NCBI GenBank assembly: GCA_963798285.1
Contig: CAWCSR010000003.1
Span: forward strand, 400,905 to 464,904
Direction of reading: 5' to 3'
Source: an uncultured Thermoleophilia bacterium
Lineage (GTDB): Bacteria; Actinomycetota; Thermoleophilia; UBA2241
Length of the DNA: 64,000 bases
Of the stretch, positions 27,230-36,619 are shown in pieces; positions within the stretch are counted from its first letter, which is position 1, and each line of letters opens with the position of its first letter. Made by a program: the position numbers and the translations under genes. The notes under the pieces were generated by a model. The model saw nothing but the letters and a program-made list of their open reading frames with translations. It was not told the origin of the DNA and made no database searches.

Positions 27230-28558
27230 TCAAGCCACGACCGGCTGCTTCGCCGCGAACGCCGTCATCGTCTCCTCGATGCGCCGCCGCAGCCAGATCT
27301 CGTCGATCTCGGAGCTGAAGACGAACGTGACCTCGTTCTCGTGCGTCCAGTCGCGGCCGGTGACGCTGCCGCCCAGCCGCTCCCACAGCCTCGAGCCCGG
27401 CAGCGGCATCGGCACGTTGAACGAGATCTCCGCCAGCGGCAGCTCGAGGGCGAACGCGAAGGTGTCCTCGATGTCGGCCGCGCTCTCACCCGGATAGCCG
27501 ACGATGAAAAAAGCCGCGACCTCGATACCCGCATCGCTGTACACGTTCACCGCGCGCACGCTCTGCTCGACCGTCATCTGCTTCTGCATGAGGTCGAGGG
27601 TCGCCTGGCTGCCGGATTCCAGGCCGAGGTAGACGCGCCGGCAGCCGGACGCCCGCATCACGGCGGCGGTGACGGGGTCGATCCCGTTGGCGCGCGAGAG
27701 GCAGCTCCACGTGAGCCCGAGCGGCGTCACGCGCCGGCAGAACTCCTCGAGGTAGTCACGGTGGAGCGTGAAGGTGTCGTCGGCGATCCACAGGCCGTCG
27801 TACCCGAGCCGGACGATGTCGTCGATCTCGGCCATGACCGCGTCGAGCGGCCGGCGCCGAACTGCGTTGCCGAAGACCGGCTTGGAGCAGAACTCGCAGT
27901 CATAGGGACAGCCCAGGGTCGCGAGTAGCGTCGTGGGCCGGTAGCCGCCGGGCGCCCACTCGCGCTGGTAGGCGCGGTGGTCGAAGTCGCCGCGGTCGGG
28001 CAGCGGGTAGGCGGCGATCTCCGCCTGGGACTGGTGCACCGGTGGGCTGGCCACCAGCACGCCGTCGACGTGAGCTACGAGGCCGGCGTATCCGGCGAGC
28101 GGCAGGTCGCCGAGCGTCGCCGGCGTGACGCGCCGCTCCAGATAGTCGCGGCAGAACGCGGGGAAGCTCGTGTCGGCCTCCCCGCGGAACACGACGTCGG
28201 CGTGCGGCAGAAAGCGGTCCGGGAACACGGTCGGCAGCGGACCGCCGGCCACCAGCAGCGCGCCGGGCAGCCGTTCGCGGACCACCGCCGCGATGTCCAG
28301 GGCATTGCCGGTGAGGCTGACCATGACGGAGATGCCGACGATCGCCGGCCGCCAGGCCACGAGGTCGTCGATCAGCTCGTCGAACGAGCTGAAGGTGCCG
28401 TCGAACACGCGCGCGCCCACACCCGCCCTCTTGAGGTGGGCGCTCAGCAGTGCGGGACCGAGAGGCGGGAACAGGACCTCGGTCCTCGCCCTGGTGCGAA
28501 AGTACGGGAACACCAGGGCCACACCTCGTTGCCTCCTCAGCCACGGTGTCTCGACCAT
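27230..28558 (-). CDS. B12-binding-domain (class B) radical SAM enzyme, paralog 3 (closest to paralog 2)
   Basis: ALVFPYF…FPPLGPALLSAHLKRAGVGARVFD…IVGISVM. TLGCPYDCEFCSK. GLESGSQATL. The start is taken at ATG 28558; TTG 28564 is also possible. Confidence 0.85.
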   Translation of the reverse strand: MVETPWLRRQRGVALVFPYFRTRARTEVLFPPLGPALLSAHLKRAGVGARVFDGTFSSFDELIDDLVAWRPAIVGISVMVSLTGNALDIAAVVRERLPGALLVAGGPLPTVFPDRFLPHADVVFRGEADTSFPAFCRDYLERRVTPATLGDLPLAGYAGLVAHVDGVLVASPPVHQSQAEIAAYPLPDRGDFDHRAYQREWAPGGYRPTTLLATLGCPYDCEFCSKPVFGNAVRRRPLDAVMAEIDDIVRLGYDGLWIADDTFTLHRDYLEEFCRRVTPLGLTWSCLSRANGIDPVTAAVMRASGCRRVYLGLESGSQATLDLMQKQMTVEQSVRAVNVYSDAGIEVAAFFIVGYPGESAADIEDTFAFALELPLAEISFNVPMPLPGSRLWERLGGSVTGRDWTHENEVTFVFSSEIDEIWLRRRIEETMTAFAAKQPVVA

Positions 28559-28662
28559 GAGCAATGCTTGCCCGCCGAGCCCGGGGCGTCAACGTTGACT
28601 GCTTCTTCGGCGACGCGACCGCAGGCTGCAGACGAGGCGCGAGGTGTGACAGTATCGCCACG

Positions 28663-29514
28663 ATGGACGCCCGCCAGCTCATCGACAGGCGATACTCCTG
28701 CCGCACCTGTCTCGAGCGGCCGATCTCGGACGCGGACGCGAAGTCGCTCGGCGACTTCATGGCCGCCCGGACGACCGGACCGCTCGGCTCGGCCGTGCGT
28801 TTCGGCCTCGTCGCCGCCTCCCCCGACGACGAGGGCGCGCTCAAGCGCCTCGGCACCTACGGGTTCATCAAGGGCGCCAGGGCCTTCATCGTGGGCGCCG
28901 TGCGCAAGGGCCCCGGCGACCTCGAGGACTTCGGCTACCTCCTCGAGGAGGTGGTCCTGCACGCCACCGGCCTGGGGCTCGGCACCTGCTGGCTCGGCGG
29001 CACGTTCACGCGCAGCACCTTCACGGCCCGCTTCGGCGGTGTGGCGAAGGACGAGACCATCCCGGCGGTGGTCTCCGCCGGCTATCCGGGCGACGACGGC
29101 ACGGAGCGCATCCGCGAGCGGGAGGAAGGCACGCGGCGCTTCCCGCCGGACGAGCTCTTCTTCTCCGATGAGTGGGCCGTGCCGCTCGGCCTCGAGCGCG
29201 GGCACGGCTACGCCGCCGCGCTCGAGGCCGTCCGCATGGCTCCGTCGGCGACCAACAAGCAGCCCTGGCGCATCGTGCGCCGCGGCGGCGACTGGCACTT
29301 CTACCTGGCGCGCTCCAAGGGCTACGGCAAGGGCAGTCCGTGGTTCAAGCTGCTGCGCATCGCCGACCTGCAGCGCGTGGACCTCGGCATCGCCATGTGC
29401 CACTTCGCGCTCGTGGCGCGCGAGTGCGGCCTCGGCGGGCGCTGGATCGTGGACGACCCGGGGCTGGCGACGCCGGCCCCGGGCATCGAGTACACGGCCA
29501 CCTGGCGCGCGTAG
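28663..29514 (+). CDS. Nitroreductase-superfamily flavoprotein (TM1586-like)
   Basis: RRYSCRTCLERPIS…GLGTCWLGGTF…APSATNKQPWRIV. Transcribed divergently from radical SAM paralog 3. Confidence 0.65.
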   Translation: MDARQLIDRRYSCRTCLERPISDADAKSLGDFMAARTTGPLGSAVRFGLVAASPDDEGALKRLGTYGFIKGARAFIVGAVRKGPGDLEDFGYLLEEVVLHATGLGLGTCWLGGTFTRSTFTARFGGVAKDETIPAVVSAGYPGDDGTERIREREEGTRRFPPDELFFSDEWAVPLGLERGHGYAAALEAVRMAPSATNKQPWRIVRRGGDWHFYLARSKGYGKGSPWFKLLRIADLQRVDLGIAMCHFALVARECGLGGRWIVDDPGLATPAPGIEYTATWRA

Positions 29515-29719
29515 GCGCGCTCTGAGGCCGGGCGCGCGCTCCGCGGCTACGCCGCCCGGCGCGCGCCTTCTTCCGTCACCAGCCCAAGCTGCTCGAGCAG
29601 GCTCGGCCGGTCGGCTTCCCGCGGCGTTCATCTCCCGTTCATGCACCCGCGGAGACAACGCACGCAGAAGGGTGGAGAACACCGACCGCGCCGTTTCACC
29701 GGCGCAAGAGGAGCAAGGC

Positions 29720-31159
29720 ATGGAAGCAGAATGGGAACGCGCCGGCGAACTGCCGGCGAGTGACGCCGCAGGGTGGGAGGCGCGCGAGGGCCAGAGGGCG
29801 CGGACGCGCTCGCGGTCTTCCGCGCGTCCCGCCGGAGCGACGGCCAGGTCGAACAGGTTCCTGGCCAAGGTGCTCGGCGTCCTCGCCGCGATCGGCATGT
29901 TCATCAGCGTGGCGCTCGTCGTGCCCGTGACGTCACTGTCGTCACTCGCCGGCCCCGGCGGCTTGCTCATCGCCATCGGCCGCGTGACGGCGATGTCGGG
30001 CACGTACCTGCTGCTGATCACGTTACTGCTGATCGCGAGACTACCGGCGGTCGAACGGGCCATCGGCCAGGACCGCCTCATCAAACTGCACCGTCAACTC
30101 GGACCGGCCATCCTCGGCCTCATCAGCGTGCACGTCGTCGCCGTCGTCCTGGGCTACGCCGCCCAGGTGTCCGCCGGCCCGTGGCACGAACTCGCCATCC
30201 TGGCCACGACGTTCCCGGGCATGATGCTCGCCGTCGCCGGCCTCGGCCTGCTGTTGCTGGCCGGATTCACCTCCTACCGGTACGTGCGTCGCAAGATGAA
30301 GTACGAGACCTGGTGGGCGGTCCACCTCTACACCTACCTGGCAGTCGCGCTCTCGATCCCGCATCAGGTCCTGACCGGCGTGCCCTTCATGGGTCACCCG
30401 CTGGCGACGGCCTGGTGGCTGGGCCTGTGGTTCGCGACCGCCGGCGCCGTCATCGTCTACCGCTGGGGCCTGCCGATCGCGCGCAGCCTCCGGCACAGGG
30501 TGACGGTCCATTCGGTGGAAGAAGAAGCGCCCGGTGTGGTCTCAGTGACCATGACCGGCAGGCACCTCGAGAAGCTCGAGGCCTCCGGCGGCCAGTTCCT
30601 GCACTGGCGCTTCCTCAAGCGCGGCATGTGGTGGCAGGCGCACCCGTACTCGCTGTCGGCGGTGCCGACCACGAACCGGATGCGGATCACCGTCAAGGAC
30701 CTCGGCGACCACAGCAGTTCGCTGGCGGCCATCGAGCCCGGGACGCGCGTGGCCATCGAAGGCCCCTATGGAGCCTTCACGCATCACGCGCGGCACACCG
30801 ACCAGGTCGTGCTCATCGCGGCCGGCGTCGGCGTCACGCCCGTCAGGGCGCTGCTCGAGGACCTGCCGCGTCACGTCGACGTCGTCGCGATCCTGCGCGG
30901 CGCCAGCCGGCGCGACCTGGTCCTGCGCGACGAACTGGCCCACCTGGTGGGCGACCGCGGCGGGCAGCTCCACGAGGTGATCGGGCCGCGCTCGCACGCC
31001 CGTCTGGACGAGCAGGGCCTCGCCGAGCTCGTGCCGGACATCGCCGACCGGGACCTGTACGTCTGCGGTCCCAGCGGATTCATGCAGGACGTCATCGCCA
31101 CAGCCGCCAATCTGGGCGTCCGCGGCGAGCGCATCCACCACGAGGACTTCGCCTTCTAG
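29720..31159 (+). CDS. NOX/ferric-reductase-like protein: 6-TM di-heme domain fused to FAD- and NAD(P)-binding domains
   Basis: TM domain with paired His residues (KLHRQLG…SVHVV; AVHLYTY…IPHQV). Then HPYSLS FAD motif, LIAAGVGVTP NAD fold and a C-terminal …HHEDFAF. SD AAGAGGAG. Confidence 0.8.
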   Translation: MEAEWERAGELPASDAAGWEAREGQRARTRSRSSARPAGATARSNRFLAKVLGVLAAIGMFISVALVVPVTSLSSLAGPGGLLIAIGRVTAMSGTYLLLITLLLIARLPAVERAIGQDRLIKLHRQLGPAILGLISVHVVAVVLGYAAQVSAGPWHELAILATTFPGMMLAVAGLGLLLLAGFTSYRYVRRKMKYETWWAVHLYTYLAVALSIPHQVLTGVPFMGHPLATAWWLGLWFATAGAVIVYRWGLPIARSLRHRVTVHSVEEEAPGVVSVTMTGRHLEKLEASGGQFLHWRFLKRGMWWQAHPYSLSAVPTTNRMRITVKDLGDHSSSLAAIEPGTRVAIEGPYGAFTHHARHTDQVVLIAAGVGVTPVRALLEDLPRHVDVVAILRGASRRDLVLRDELAHLVGDRGGQLHEVIGPRSHARLDEQGLAELVPDIADRDLYVCGPSGFMQDVIATAANLGVRGERIHHEDFAF

Positions 31160-31193
31160 GCGTCAGCGACCAGACCCGACCACGGGAGGAGTC

Positions 31194-31694
31194 ATGAAGC
31201 GTTCAGCCATCGTCATCGCCGCCACCGCCGCAGGTCTGGCCGCCTTGATCAGCTTCAAGCCGCACGGCGTCGCCGGCGGCGGCACCACGGCCGCCACCAC
31301 CGCCGCCCTCACCACCGGCAACGCCAACGTGTCCGGCGCTCAGACAGTGACCGGCAGCGTACAGCAGCTGAGCGGCGGTCTCGGCAGCATCCAGGTCAAG
31401 GTCACCGCCGCGAACGGCAAGATCGCCAGCGTCGGTATGGCCCAGATGAACCTGCACGGGCCGCAGAGCCAGCAGATCTCGAACAGCGTCATCCCGCAGC
31501 TGGAGCAGCAGGTCATGGCCTCCAACGGCGGCCCCATCCACGGCGTCTCCGGCGCCACCTACACGAGCCGGGCCTTCGGTTCATCGCTGCAGGCCGCGCT
31601 CAGCCAACTGAAGGGAGGAGCAAATGCGCAACTGGCAGCAGCAGGTAATGGGAACGGTAGTCTCGTTCAGTCTCCGGGAGGCGGAGACGACTGA
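31194..31694 (+). CDS. Exported FMN-binding-domain protein (flavinylation substrate)
   Basis: N-terminal anchor AIVIAATAAGLAALISF. FMN_bind block with the covalent-flavinylation motif GVSGATYTS; the S-G-A-T codons are at 31548-31559. Confidence 0.75.
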   Translation: MKRSAIVIAATAAGLAALISFKPHGVAGGGTTAATTAALTTGNANVSGAQTVTGSVQQLSGGLGSIQVKVTAANGKIASVGMAQMNLHGPQSQQISNSVIPQLEQQVMASNGGPIHGVSGATYTSRAFGSSLQAALSQLKGGANAQLAAAGNGNGSLVQSPGGGDD

Positions 31695-32427
31695 CGCCGA
31701 CGAGGCGCAGGCCCGGCGCGAGCGCATCGATCAAGGCGTGGAGCGCGCCCGGGCCAAGCTGCAGTGGGTGGACGACGTGTTCAGCACCTGGAAGCCGGAC
31801 AGCCCGGTCAGCCGCCTCCGCCGCGGCGAGATCGAGCTGGACGAAGCCCCTCCAGAGGTGGCGGACGTGCTGGAGCTGTGCCGCCGCGCCCGGGAGGCGT
31901 CGGACGGATGGTTCGACCCGTGGGCGATGCCGGGCGGCGTCGACCCCACGGGACTCGTCAAGGGCTGGGCGGTCGAGCGTGCCCTGGACGAGCTCAAGAT
32001 GGCCGGGGCGCCGGCGGCGATGATCAACGCCGGAGGCGACATCGCCGTGTTCGGACAGCCGGCGCCCGGCCAGCCCTGGCGCATCGGGATCGAGAATCCC
32101 CTCGCGATGGACCGGCTCCTGCTGACCGCCGACCTGCCGGGAGCAGGCGCCGTCGCGACCTCAGGCTCGTACCAGCGCGGCGAGCACCTGATCGACCCGC
32201 ACAGCGGCCGGCCGACGACCGACCTGCTCCTGGCCACGGTCATCGGCCACGACCTGGCTTACGCCGACGCGCTCGCCACGGGCCTGTACACGTCGGGCGG
32301 CAAGATGCTCGAGCGGCTGGCCCTGCTCGCCGGCTACCACGGCTTCGTCATGGACGGCCGCGGCAACATCCACGCCTCGCGGGGCTTCCCCATCACGCTC
32401 CGTGGCGCGGAGGCGGTGTCGGCCTGA
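31624..32427 (+). CDS. apbE: FAD:protein FMN transferase (ApbE family)
   Basis: …VMGTVVSFSL… with the MGT motif. DPTGLVKGWAVERA, NAGGDIAV, VATSGSYQRG, HLIDPHSGRP and ADALATGL blocks. The start is uncertain; it overlaps the upstream gene. Confidence 0.8.
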   Translation: MRNWQQQVMGTVVSFSLREAETTDADEAQARRERIDQGVERARAKLQWVDDVFSTWKPDSPVSRLRRGEIELDEAPPEVADVLELCRRAREASDGWFDPWAMPGGVDPTGLVKGWAVERALDELKMAGAPAAMINAGGDIAVFGQPAPGQPWRIGIENPLAMDRLLLTADLPGAGAVATSGSYQRGEHLIDPHSGRPTTDLLLATVIGHDLAYADALATGLYTSGGKMLERLALLAGYHGFVMDGRGNIHASRGFPITLRGAEAVSA

Positions 32428-32502
32428 GGCCCCCGGGGGCAGCAGACGCACCGCCCGCACCGGGCCGGCCGGGCTCCGCCAGGGGGCCCGGCCGGCCCGT
32501 CT

Positions 32503-33518
32503 TCAAGCGGCCGGGAGCGTGAGCGTCACGCGGGTCCCGGCGGCGACCTTGCTCTCGACAGTCAGGTCGCCGCCCATCCCGCGCAGCGCCCAGTGGGCGA
32601 TCGCCAGGCCGAGACCCGATCCCCCCGCCGGTGCGAGCGCGCCGCATCTCCCCGGTAGAACCGGTCGAAGACGTGCTCGAGCACCTCGGGCGACATGCCC
32701 GAGCCGTGGTCTGTCACGACCGCCTGGGCGCCGGCATCGGTGCGCCGCACGGCGACCTCCACCACGGCGCCGGACGGCGAGTACTCCACGGCGTTGCGCA
32801 TCACGTTGCGCAGGGCGCGACGCACGTGCCCCTCGTCGCCGATGGCGCGAGTCTCCCCCTCGGCGTCGGCGCGCAGCCGCACCCCGCCGGTGGCGGCGAG
32901 CGCTCCGAGTTCCTCGGCCGTCCGACGCGCGAGCGCCGCCAGATCCAGCGGCTCGCGCGCCAGCGGCTCCTGGTGCGCGTCGATCCGTGACAACGTCAGC
33001 AGGTCGTCCACCATGCCCGACATCCTGTCGACCTCTTCGAGCCCGCTCACCAGCACCGGCCGAGCCGCCTGGTCGAGGTCCGGCCGCCGCAGCGCCACCT
33101 CGAACTCCGCCTTCATGATGGCCAGCGGCGTGCGCAGGTCGTGTGAGGCGTCGGCGACGAAGCGCTTCTGGGCGGTGACGTTCTCGCGGATCGGGCGCAA
33201 CGTGCTGCGCGCATACAGCAGCCCCCCCACACCGACGACGATCACGATGACCGCGTCCACGGCGACCAGTTGCCAGCGCAGCGACCCGAGCGAGCGGGAG
33301 ACGAACGCCTGCTCCGACTCCGTGTCCGAATAGGAGCCCGACGCGGCCGCGCGGATGTCGGCGCGCACCGTCAGGTACATGAAGACGCTCGAGACGACGA
33401 CCAGAACGACGACGATGGCGGCGAAGAGCAGCGCAAGACGCCGGCGAGCGTGCGCGAAGACGTCCGGGCGGGCCGGTTCAGCCACGTGTCCGGCCCGCCT
33501 CGCCGCCCGCCTCGCCAC
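32503..33518 (-). pseudogene. Sensor histidine kinase with an apparent 1-nt deletion in a G6 run (C6 at 32621-32626 on the + strand)
   Basis: H-box FVADASHDLRTPLA and N-box MRNAVEYSP, then DHGSGM…RFYRGDAARSHRRG. The frame then breaks. Adding one G restores GGSGLGLAIAHWALRGMGGDLTVESKVAAGTRVTLTLPAA* (stop at 32503). Confidence 0.8.
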
Positions 33519-34293
33519 TTGCCACGCCGCCGTCCGCCTCGCCGCCCTCCGGTCGGTCGCCGCCGGCGTCCCCGCCGCCGGTCTCGTCCGCGCGCAGCGC
33601 GTACCCCGCGCCGCGGACGGTCTCCAGCCGCACGCCGCCGCCCGGCCGGTCCAGCTTGCGCCGCAGCCGGCCGGCGTACACGTCGACGATGTTGGAGAAC
33701 GAGTCGAACTCGTCGTCCCACGCGTGGTCCAGGATCCAGTCGCGGCTCAGCGCCTCGCCCTGGTGCAGCAGGAAGAGGCGCAGCAGGCTGAACTCCTTGG
33801 GGCTGAGCACCAGGGGCTCGTCGCAGTACCTGGCCACGCGCGCCGCCGGGTCGAGCCTGAGCGTCCCCATCGTGAGGACGGGCGGCAGGGCGCGCCGCGG
33901 GCGGCGCAGCAGCGTGCGGATGCGCGCCAGCAGTTCCTCGAAGGCGAAGGGCTTGACGAGGTAGTCGTCGGCGCCGGCGTCCAGACCGGTCACCTTGTCG
34001 GCCGTCGCGTCCCTCGCCGTCAGCATCAGCACCGGCAGGGTGAGGCCCTGCTCGCGCAGTTCCCGGCAGAGGGTGAAGCCGTCGACACCCGGAAGCATGA
34101 CGTCGAGGATCAGGAGGTCGTACGGCAACTGCCCCTCGACGCCGCCGGCGCCGGGGGCGCCGCGCCGGGCCGCGAAGCGGCGGCGCGCGGCGCCCCCGTC
34201 GTACAGCACGTCCACGGCGTAGCCCTCGGCCTCAAGCCCCGACTTGAGGGCCCGGGCCAGCTTCTCGGCATCTTCGACGACCAGGATCCGCAC
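33478..34293 (-). CDS. OmpR/PhoB-family response regulator with Gly/Asp/Glu-rich C-terminal extension
   Basis: GTG at 34293 after GGAGGAGG. VRILVVEDAEKLA…LLILDVMLPGVDG…ADDYLVKPF. Winged helix LSPKEFSLLRLFLLHQGEALSRD…VDVYAGRLRRKLD…GAGYAL. Confidence 0.9.
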   Translation of the reverse strand: MRILVVEDAEKLARALKSGLEAEGYAVDVLYDGGAARRRFAARRGAPGAGGVEGQLPYDLLILDVMLPGVDGFTLCRELREQGLTLPVLMLTARDATADKVTGLDAGADDYLVKPFAFEELLARIRTLLRRPRRALPPVLTMGTLRLDPAARVARYCDEPLVLSPKEFSLLRLFLLHQGEALSRDWILDHAWDDEFDSFSNIVDVYAGRLRRKLDRPGGGVRLETVRGAGYALRADETGGGDAGGDRPEGGEADGGVASGEAGGEAGRTRG

Positions 34294-34510
34294 GCGTACG
34301 ACCTCCTCCGCCCGGCGTTGCTCCCGTACAGCCTTCCCCCGGGACGGCCCCACGGTCAAGCGCCGCCGATGCCCCCGCCCCGCACGGCGCGCGATCGCCG
34401 GCCGTCGCCCGGTAGCGTTCGCATATGATTGGCTGTGCTCAGGCAGTCGCGAAGGAGTCGCCACGTCCGCCACGTCCCGCAAGATCGACCGCGCCCAGAA
34501 CATCAGCCGC

Positions 34511-34993
34511 ATGTGCCTCATCTGCGGCCGCGACAACGCGTTCGGCCTGCACGCTCGCTACTACGAGCTGGCGCCGGATGAGGCGGCGGACGCCGGCGCC
34601 GAGCTCGTCGGCATCTTCACGCCGCGCGAAGAGCACCAGAGCTACCCCGGCCGGCTCCACGGCGGCGTGAGCTCGGCCATCCTCGACGAGACGATCGGCC
34701 GCGCCATCCTGCTGCGCCAGCCGGACACCTGGGGCGTCACGGTGGAGTTCAGCGTGCGCTTCCGCCGGCCGCTGCCTCTGGACGAGGACGTCCGCTGCGT
34801 CGCGCGCATCACGCGCGACACGAGCCGCCTGTTCGAGGGCAGCGGCGAGATCCTGCTGCCCGGCGGCGAGGTCGCAGCGGAGGCCACCGGCAAGTACATC
34901 AAGCAGTCGCTCGGCGACATCACCGACAACGACTTCGCCGAGCGCGAGTGGTTCGCCGACCCCCGCGACCTGCCGGAGGACGTCGAACTGTAG
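34511..34993 (+). CDS. PaaI/hotdog-fold acyl-CoA thioesterase
   Basis: MCLICGRDNAFGL…PGRLHGGVSSAILDETIG…VEFSVRFRRP. The start may lie a few codons upstream. Confidence 0.7.
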   Translation: MCLICGRDNAFGLHARYYELAPDEAADAGAELVGIFTPREEHQSYPGRLHGGVSSAILDETIGRAILLRQPDTWGVTVEFSVRFRRPLPLDEDVRCVARITRDTSRLFEGSGEILLPGGEVAAEATGKYIKQSLGDITDNDFAEREWFADPRDLPEDVEL

Positions 34994-35135
34994 CCGGCGC
35001 GGCCGGCAGCCCTCCGCGCGCCGGCCGACGGCCGTCATGCTCCCGCGCCGGCCTCGGCGCCTCGCTCGCTTGCCGGCCGTCGCCGCCCGTCGCCGGCCGT
35101 CAGGTGCGGACGACCGGCGACGCAGCTCCAGAACG

Positions 35136-35176
35136 GCCGAGGGCGGGCGGTCCGTCCCGGACCGCCCGCCCTCGGC
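35136..35176. terminator. Perfect 19-bp stem with 3-nt loop; bidirectional terminator candidate between convergent genes
   Basis: gccgagggcgggcggtccg-tcc-cggaccgcccgccctcggc. It is followed by GTCTTC on the + strand and CCGTTCTGG on the - strand. Confidence 0.7.
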
Positions 35177-35212
35177 GTCTTCACCACCCGGCCATTGCGG
35201 CCGGCAGCGGAT

Positions 35213-35892
35213 TCACTTCACCTTGAAGGTCTTGGTCACGCTCTTCGCCGTGTGGGTGGCCGTCTTGGCGATGGACACCACTGACGTGGTGGGCGCCCTC
35301 CTTGGCCGTCTTGTAGCTCCACGTGAACGTGCCCGTGGCAGTGGCCGTAGCCGTGCCGGTCTTCATCTTGATCCACTTGGTGCCGACCTTGCGCTCCACC
35401 TTGAGGGCGACCTTCGCGCCCTTCAGGGAGGCGGCAGGACCAGCGGTACCGGTCACCTTCACCGTCTTGCCGTGGACGACGGTGGTCGGCGCGACCTTGG
35501 CGCTCAGCGTCGTGGTCGCGATGACCGGCGCCGTGTAGCCGTGGCAACCGACGTCGTGGTGCCGCAGCCGTTGGCCACGTGCTGGGTCGTCGTTGATGAT
35601 GCTCGTGACGCCGCCGTGGCACTTGCCGCACGCTGGCGGGCGTGTGGCGGAGTCAGTCGTGTTGCCGTCCGTGTGGCACTTGACACACGTCGTCGGGTCG
35701 GCGGCGTTGTAGCCGTGAATCGCCGTATGTGTGGCGGTCATGCCGTGGCAGGTGGCGCACGCAGTGAACGTCGGCTGAGCAGCTAGCCGGGCCGGCGATC
35801 ATGCCGAGTCCGGCGACCACGGCAAGCACCACCAGAGCCACCAGGATAAGTGCAGGCGCCAGGCGCCCGCGATTGATGTGCACGTTCCCCAT
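35213..35892 (-). pseudogene. Exported multi-haem c-type cytochrome-like protein with C-terminal beta-sandwich domain, broken by at least 2 frameshifts
   Basis: ATG at 35892 after AGGAGG. Signal peptide MGNVHINRGRLAPALILVALVVLAVVAGLGMIAGPA. A frame change near 35778-35788 leads into …TFTACATCHG…CVKCH…CGKCHGG (three CxxCH motifs). A second change near 35270-35300 restores …VVSIAKTATHTAKSVTKTFKVK* (stop at 35213). Confidence 0.65.
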
Positions 35893-36082
35893 GTTCCTCC
35901 TTTGATCGACCATCAGAATCGATGATTCGGAAACACTACCGACTTGTGTGCAGGAGCACAACCACAAGTGGCTCGTGAGGTCGTCACTGCCTGGCGCGAC
36001 CCCTCAGCCGCCCGCCGCCGGGACTGGAGCCGGACGCGCAGGACGCAGTACAGTGTGCGCGTCCGTTGACCGCGAGACGAGG

Positions 36083-36532
36083 ATGGGAGCCATGCAGAAC
36101 GCCGATCGTTCCCGCCGCCCGGCCAGCGCCTGGATGTTGCTGGTGCTGCTCGTCATCCAGGCGCTGGGCGGGCTCGCCGGCGGGCTCTCGCTGACGATCG
36201 CGCCGGACGGCTCGGTCATGAAGATGTCGACGTCCCTGCTCGACGGCTCGCCGTTCCGTGATTACCTCATCCCGGGGCTCGTCCTGATGCTGGTCCTCGG
36301 CGTGCTGCCCCTGGTCGCGGCGGTGGGCCTGTGGCTGCGTCGCCGCTGGTCCTGGTACGCCGCGTTCGCCGTCGGCTGCGCCCTCATGATCTGGATCCTC
36401 GTCGAGATCACGATCATCCCCTACAGCTGGCTGCAGCCCTTCTTCGGCGGAGTCGGGATCCTGATCTTCATCTTCACGCTGCTGCGCCCCGTGCGTCGCT
36501 TCTACGGGTTGAGCCTGCCGGGCGAGACCTGA
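36083..36532 (+). CDS. Four-TM membrane protein of unknown function
   Basis: ATG at 36083. TMs include WMLLVLLVIQALGGLAGGL, LIPGLVLMLVLGVLPLVAAVGLW and others. No recognisable motif. Confidence 0.5.
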   Translation: MGAMQNADRSRRPASAWMLLVLLVIQALGGLAGGLSLTIAPDGSVMKMSTSLLDGSPFRDYLIPGLVLMLVLGVLPLVAAVGLWLRRRWSWYAAFAVGCALMIWILVEITIIPYSWLQPFFGGVGILIFIFTLLRPVRRFYGLSLPGET

Positions 36533-36619
36533 AGCTCGCCAGTGCGGACAACACAGGTTCCTGCAGGCTCGCGGCGAACAAGCCGATGTAACCGGCAGGA
36601 GAAGCCAGCGGGAGCTTCC

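Noticed and set aside
27977-29719. N-terminal 581 codons of the 1060-aa plus ORF (27977-31159)
   Set aside because: This part is antisense to radical SAM paralog 3 and out of frame with the nitroreductase gene. Only the segment from ATG 29720, which has an SD, encodes the NOX-like protein.
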